From: Eledone cirrhosa
Taxonomy: Eukaryota
NCBI GenBank assembly: GCA_964016885.1
Contig: OZ024753.1
Span: 31,682,001 to 31,746,000, forward strand
DNA: 64,000 nucleotides
Reading direction: 5' to 3'
In this document: positions 57,069 to 64,000 of the stretch, one piece after another
Layout of the letters: every line of letters starts with the position of its first letter
Numbering within the stretch: the first letter of the stretch is position 1
The notes under the pieces: model-generated
Seen by the model: the letters and a program-made list of their open reading frames with translations, nothing else
Database searches by the model: none
What the model was told of the DNA's origin: nothing
Program-made: the position numbers and the translations under genes

Positions 57069-57253
57069 TAGGAACCAGTAAGACCCCGACAGCTGAGCTC
57101 AAGCCGTTTCGACGGCTAATTCGAATTAGCCGTCGAAACGGCTTGAGCTCAGCTGTCGGGGTCTTACTGGTTCCTATTACCCACTCTACTACCTCAAGTA
57201 TTGAGTACTTTGGTGCGTTATGGTCCACCTGGTTCCTTACCACATTTCCTTCG

Positions 57254-57256
<3 letters not shown>
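57069..57256 (+). mobile_element. Fold-back element, family F (108-bp perfect palindrome plus tail)
   Basis: Palindrome 57069-57176 containing a hammerhead 3' half (GAAA-cggcttgagctcagctg-TC-ggggtc). Tail ...ggtccacctggttccttaccacatttcc. (TA)n on both sides. Confidence 0.8.
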
Positions 57257-57307
<51 letters not shown>

Positions 57308-57367
57308 CATACATACATACATACACACATATGCATAGATACAGACACAAGCAGACACACACACACA

Positions 57368-57430
<63 letters not shown>

Positions 57431-58264
57431 TGTGTGTCTATATATATATATAGTGTGTGTGTCTATATATATATATATGTGTGTGTGTGTATATATATAT
57501 ATATTGTGTGTGTCTATATATATATGTGTGTATATATGTGTGTGTGTGTATATATATATATATATTGTGTGTGTCTATATATATATGTGTGTATATATCT
57601 CTGTGTCTGTATCTATCTCTGTTTGTGTCTGTATGTATGTATATATATATATATGTGTGTGTGTGTATATATAAGGTTATTTCTCTCTCACAAGCACCAT
57701 GCCTGCCAGTGTACCAGTATATTTGGCAGTCAAAACGAAACAAAAATACACATTTATATATATATAAAGAAAACAAAACAAAATCTCAACGTATGACATG
57801 TATACACACATATTTCACCCCAAAACTTTGCAATAACCATAGATATTTATTCTAGTTTGCTGTCCAACAACAATAATACGTCTCTTTATAAATTCCGCGA
57901 TGTAAGAAATAAAAATATAAAAATAAATCTGAACTTATCAGACATCTAATAAACATTTTCTGCGGAGCACATTTGATAAAACTTCTTCTCACATTCATTT
58001 CCGGACACCATCTTTCACACCATTTTTTATTTTTTATATTTTCTTATATATTTATTAATTCTGCTTAGCTTTACTTCATGTATATACTGATAATGGTGCT
58101 GTTGCTGGTGTTGGTTGTGTTGGAGGTGTGTGTGTGTGTGGGGGTTACGTCTTGAGTACATGTACCTTTGGAATTACACCTTAATTCACAAGTTGGACGT
58201 TCAAACAACAGGATTTTCTTCGTTGAAACTTACGAAGGATCCATTATTATCATGTATGTATATA

Positions 58265-58453
58265 AGGGCGGTGGATTGGTAGTATCGGTAGAGAGTCGGA
58301 CGCCATGCTGTCCAGCATAGTTACGTCCCTTTACGATCTGAGTTCAAATCCCGCCGAGGTTGACTTTGCCTTTCATCCTTACGGGGTCGCTAAAATAAAG
58401 TACCAGTAAGACACTGGGTAATTGCTGGCCTTGTGCCTAAAGTAGAAACAATT
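58265..58453 (+). mobile_element. SINE family 1, full length
   Basis: Consensus match. Flanking direct repeat attattatcatgtatgta..taagggc. Confidence 0.9.
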
Positions 58454-59047
58454 ATTATCATGTATGTATAAGGGCCATACCAACCACTTGCTTTTCATGT
58501 CTGTCGTCTTTGAGACCTCTGATGTCCTCGGTTCCTGGACTGCCGTTTTTCTCCCCAAAATCGGAAGGAATGAATACCTCCTGCAACAAGAATTTCTGTG
58601 AAGTAGAATGACTGATACCGTGGGTGTCGCTGACTCTTTTTGCGACAATACTTTCACCATCTTGTTCTTGGTGTCCAAATAAAATATATTGTCTAGCCAA
58701 AGGTGTCGAGTTTGCACCCTCCAATCCCTTTTCTCGTTATTTTTTTCTGATTTCCTCTTTATTATCTTAATCAGTACCAGTAATGTACTGGATAATTGCT
58801 GGCCTTGTGCCAAAAGTAGAAACAATTATTTTAATCATTTTTACAAGTATTTTCATCATAGTATATCCACATGTATTCTGACATGCGGTTCTCTCTGCTT
58901 TGCAGTAATCCTTCTGACTCTCTTGAGCTCGAATCCTGTCCAGGTCAACATTGTCTTTCATCGTTTCGTTGTCGATAAAAAAAAAATTACCTGTACAGTT
59001 CTGGGTCGTTTCTTTCTCTATGTCTCTTCTCTATATTTCTTTCTCAC

Positions 59048-59107
<60 letters not shown>

Positions 59108-59445
59108 CTGGTAGAAATCAGCTGTGTTCATACCTGGAAAGGGGATGGGCTCCGACACATCGCACATCATGATCGTGGCGCCAAACCAACTCCATCAGAA
59201 GGTGCCGACCCGTACACATACATAGTTATCTAACCACCTATCCCCTTATACCTAAATTACTCTATGTACATATCAACTATATCGATTTTTTTTTTTTGTA
59301 AACTGCTGTCAATGTTCTACTATTCGACTCTCTCTCTCTTGGTCCTCTCCTCTCGTTCCCTCTCTCGCTCTCATAATGCTCTCTTTCACTTTCTCCTCCT
59401 CTCTCTTCTTTGTGTATCCTTCGATCCCTCATCTCCTCTCTTTTA

Positions 59446-59493
<48 letters not shown>

Positions 59494-61346
59494 TCTCCTC
59501 TTATCTCTCTTTCCCCCTTTCTGTTAGCCTTCTTATACCTCTCTCCCTCTGTTAGCCTTATTGTATCTCTATCACCCTCCTTCCTCTCTCTACCCTCCTT
59601 CACCTCCTTACTCTCCCCCTCCCTCTCTCTACCCTCCTCCACCTCCCTACTCTCCCTCCTCCTTCTCTATCTATCTCTATATAGCCCCTTACTATATCTT
59701 TATCACTCTATTTCTCTCCTGTATGTCAGTAATAACAAATTTCCCATAACCATTCAGATCTCTTGCTATTTTATCAAATATAATTCATATAATAAAATCA
59801 GTGACATCGTTTTTTGACAACACATGCGCGCACGTGTGTGTGTGTGTGTGATAATTTGTGTATGAGTGTGCACGTAAATAAGCTTGCAAATGGAGATTTT
59901 TACCTAACTCCTTAAATTTTTTTCTGTATCTTTTCTCTTTAATATCTGGAGCGCTGTTTTCTAAAAATATATTCATGTCTCTAACTAATTAGTTTTACTA
60001 CCACCACCATCACTCTACACAAACAAACAAAAAACAATATTCCATAAAAACATATAAAACATATATAATAAATACCATACAAAAAAAAATGAGATTCATT
60101 TATTCTCAATGGGTTGAATATCTTATGTTATATTTCAAAGATTTTTATTGTATTCTTTGTCAAAAAAAAATCAATAATTATGACACATATTTCCTGGTAG
60201 AAGACACCCTCCATCGCCACTTACCCATCTATCCTTCAACATTTCCTACTTCAATATATTCCTTCCTCGGGATCGTCGACTTTTAATGTGGATCAGTAAT
60301 GTGTTGGTGTATTGCATAATCTATTAGATAACTTTTCAGATTTTTTTTTCACAATTTCTTTCAAATGTCCTTACACTCGAGAAATTATTCGAGCTTGAAG
60401 CATCTTATGGCCATCGGTATCTTATTTTCTTTTTGTGTGTTGTTTGTACATATATATGTAGTTCACTGGGTTTTGTTCTGTTGGTTGTTTGTGTATTTGT
60501 TTCGTTCTTATGAGCAATGTATTAAAGAATTGTTTTATTATAAGATATATTTTATTGCATGCTATGCCGTGGGGAATATTCCAAACACATGCCATATAAT
60601 GTTTTTGTGGTGTGTTTGTGTGTTTATGCACATATATATATATGTAAATACATATACCCACATATATATATATATGTATGTATATGTGTTTATGTTTGAG
60701 TGTGTGTTTATGCATATATATATTGTGTGTGTGTGTGTGAAATAGAATTATATTTATGCATGCATATATATATATATATTGTGTGTGTGTGAAATAATAT
60801 TAAACTCCGTCCTCTTCGACGATGAGTATTCGAATTGTTCGATCAATGGAGAACCTGCCGATGAAATTGTGTAGTTTCTATATAATATTATTCGGCAGTT
60901 ACTGCCACCCCATTTTATAATTGGCATGGAACACACACATAACCAATACAAACCTTAAGTTCAGCCAGCGACCTGAACGCCTTTCAAACCTGATCCGGTA
61001 CACAAACACGCACCAATTCTAACCCTACGATCAACCACCAGAACTGAAACTCAGCCGAGGCCCTGTAATTACCATCAATCAGCCCGAAACCTTTACCTAC
61101 TTAACGAACCAACAAGCCCGAGTAGGAAAGAGCGAATCCATAAGGCCAGTCAATAAATATTCACATGAATACGACCGCAAGCCTCAGGAAACAACTGATC
61201 ATAAACACTACAGATACGAGCAATTAAATACGAGCTGAAACAATAAACATTTTCGTAATAAAGCACGTTATCTTAACACCAACACAGAACAAACGAAACT
61301 ACTGAGCAACAACTGCCATTTGATAGTTAGAAATATATATATATAT

Positions 61347-61390
<44 letters not shown>

Positions 61391-61391
<1 letters not shown>

Positions 61392-61873
61392 GGGGTAACA
61401 GATTATTGTTATAGGTAGTCCACTTAAGTGTCGTCCAGTTATGGTACTCCGGGTAGTGGATGATATCAACGCTTGGCTAAGTTTGACTCAACAAGACGTT
61501 TCCATAGTGATGTTGCGAGTACGCTGTAATTCCTATGTTGTAAACACTTGGAGTAATGATAAATCAGGAAAGAAGAGTGACACGGTTTGCGATACAAAAA
61601 AGGTTTTTAATCTCATTGCTGACAATTGTTTCTCTGAACTGGTAGGTCTAGAGATCGCTACCCGCTTGTTTTCACGTTATTCGATCACCAATACAAAGTT
61701 ATAACCAGTCAATTCATCCGATGAATTGACTGCTTATAACTTTGTATTGGTGATCGAATAACGTGAAAACAAGCGGGTAGCGATCTCTAGACCTACCAGT
61801 TCAGAGAAACAATTGTCAGCATTGAGATTAAAAACCTTTTTTGTATAGCAAACCGTGTCACTATTCTTTCCTG

Positions 61874-61879
<6 letters not shown>
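61391..61879 (-). mobile_element. Fold-back element with ~160-bp arms and a ~170-bp tail
   Basis: Palindrome 61559-61879 centred at 61719, (TA)n on both sides. The arm reads cCGATGA...GAAA-caattg-TC-agcatt, a hammerhead truncated at its 5' core. Confidence 0.8.
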
Positions 61880-61930
<51 letters not shown>

Positions 61931-62919
61931 TACACCACACCACACACCACACACACTCACTTTTATTTAGAAAAAAAAATGGAGAGTGAAGTCAGATGAA
62001 TGTACGTAGTGTAGAATTCAGTTATGCTGTTTGAAATATTTTATTCCTATGTATCTTAAATCACAACAAAAACAATAACAGCAGCAACAAAACAGCTAGT
62101 AACCATTGTCAAATATTTTTCACTTCGCAGATACACTACTTAAAGTATATTTTATGGGAATTAAAACACTGTTCGTGACGAGAAACAAGAAGTATTATAA
62201 AAATAGTCGTATTGATTGCTTCTGACTAAAGTATGAAGACTTATTGTTTTAGGGAGAAATACATATTTGCGAGTAATGGGTAAATTTAATGTCAGTGTAA
62301 TTCTTTCGAGCATTAAACATCGAAGGAGTGTGGTATTGGAATGTTACTAACTGTGTATCGAAAACATGTTTTGAATTCATTATTGCCAAAAGCTTACATC
62401 TTTACATCGAATGTAAAATATTTCTGATATTAGAAGGAAATAAAAATCTGATTTACTTCGCTGATTATGAAAAAATAAATTTGCACGAGCATATAGAAGA
62501 ATGTTGCGAATGCTGCCGTTTGTATACTTTTCATTCATATATGTTGACGTAAAACAACTTAAATAAATTAACGACAACTCTGTTTGTGTTTCTTCTCGCC
62601 GGCTATTTTTCTATTGTTAACCGGTAACTCTCACCAGAAATCTCGCTAGAAATTTGTGCAAAATTATGATTCATCGGTTAGGCACTAAAGATTCATATTG
62701 TGCAACATGAGGAATGACGTGACACACATAATTTTATCGGGCTTTACCAAAAGTGAAAAGAAAGAACACTAAGAGAGTGGGTAAAGATACATTGCTGTAC
62801 ATATTCCTGCTTCTTTTTTTTCTGTGCTCAAATCCTGCTGAGGTGAATTTTGCTTCCAAACCCTAGATCTTCCATCGTAGAAATTCAAATTACCACCTAG
62901 CAAATATTATTATAGGCTG

Positions 62920-63140
62920 AGGGTGGTGGATTGATAGTATCGGTAGAGGGCCGGGTGCCATGCTTTGCAGCATAGAGTTACGGCCCTTAATGATCTGAGT
63001 TCAAATTCCGCCGAGGTTAACTTTTCCTTTTATCCTTACGGGGTCGATAAAATAAAGTACCAGTCACGCACTGGTGTCGATTTAATTGACTTTCGCCTCC
63101 CCCAAAAATGGTGGCCTTGTGCCTATATAAAAAAAAACAT
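62920..63140 (+). mobile_element. SINE family 1, long variant (older or partial copies near 8825, 9860, 21305, 22215, 26728, 29140, 40293, 40840, 49720, 58773, 58900, 63150)
   Basis: Consensus match. Imperfect TSD attattrtaggctgag. Confidence 0.85.
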
Positions 63141-63898
63141 TATTGTAGGCTGAGAATTGGCGAAGGCACTAGAACATCAAATAGAATGTTTCATGGCATT
63201 CAGTCTTGATTTCTGCGCTCTGAGTTCAAATCCAATTGAGATCAGCATTACCTTTCATCTTTTCGATGTTGATGAAAGAAGTACCAATCTAGTACTGAGG
63301 TAGATTCTTCCTCTGTATCTCTTCCTCACTTCCTCTCTCTCAGTCTGTCTCTGCCTCTCTCCCACTTTGAGATAAATCATCTGCTTTGAGGCCTCGAGAG
63401 AGATGGGCTCCGTTAAGTATACAATGCCCACAACACGCCACTATGACTCCAAAGGAATTACAGATCCATACAAACAAACATTATTTTAATGAAGACTAAA
63501 AAATAAGTATTGATCATGGATGGGGGGGGGGGGGTATACTGGAGAAGCACCGTATTTGATTATGAATAATTACTTAAAGTTAAAACTGAACGCAACGCTA
63601 CATTACAGATCAATAGCCAGTCACATTTAATATTCTATTTCAAAATCAATTAATTTTATGCAATTTTCAGAAAATAGTAAAGACCCCATTTTTCTGTGTG
63701 AATATATTCCTGTGTGAATATATTCCTGTGTGAATGTGCGTTAGTGTGTATGTGCATGTTTATGTATGTCTGAGCTTGTGCTTGTCTTTGTATGTGTGTG
63801 TGTGCATGTGTTTGCATGTAATTGCGTGTGTCTGCCATTGTACGGATGCCATTATGTATCATTGTACACATATCTGTGTGTGTATATTTATTTATCTT

Positions 63899-63943
<45 letters not shown>

Positions 63944-64000
63944 GTTTCGTTGTATCATTATCTTAATCCATATATCTCAGCGTGCATGTTTGTGTGTGTA

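Overview
AT-rich, microsatellite-saturated eukaryotic DNA. The repeat content suggests an octopus or other coleoid cephalopod (inference). Almost every ORF in the supplied track is a translation of microsatellite. The only host coding sequence I can support is one 78-nt exon (10831-10908, +) from the kinase-homology domain of a receptor guanylyl cyclase, so the window is probably mostly giant introns. It also holds many tRNA-derived SINEs of two families, an RTE LINE 3' fragment, a non-autonomous Helitron, Tc1/mariner-type MITE ends and several minisatellites. The main signal is about a dozen fold-back (palindromic) elements from several unrelated sequence families, sitting in (TA)n tracts. 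Many of them carry minimal type-I hammerhead ribozymes on both strands, and one keeps a Penelope-like endonuclease C-terminus. A second, distinct class consists of inverted duplications centred on (TA)n tracts. Coordinates were read by eye and ends may be off by a few bases. No folding, alignment or database search was run.
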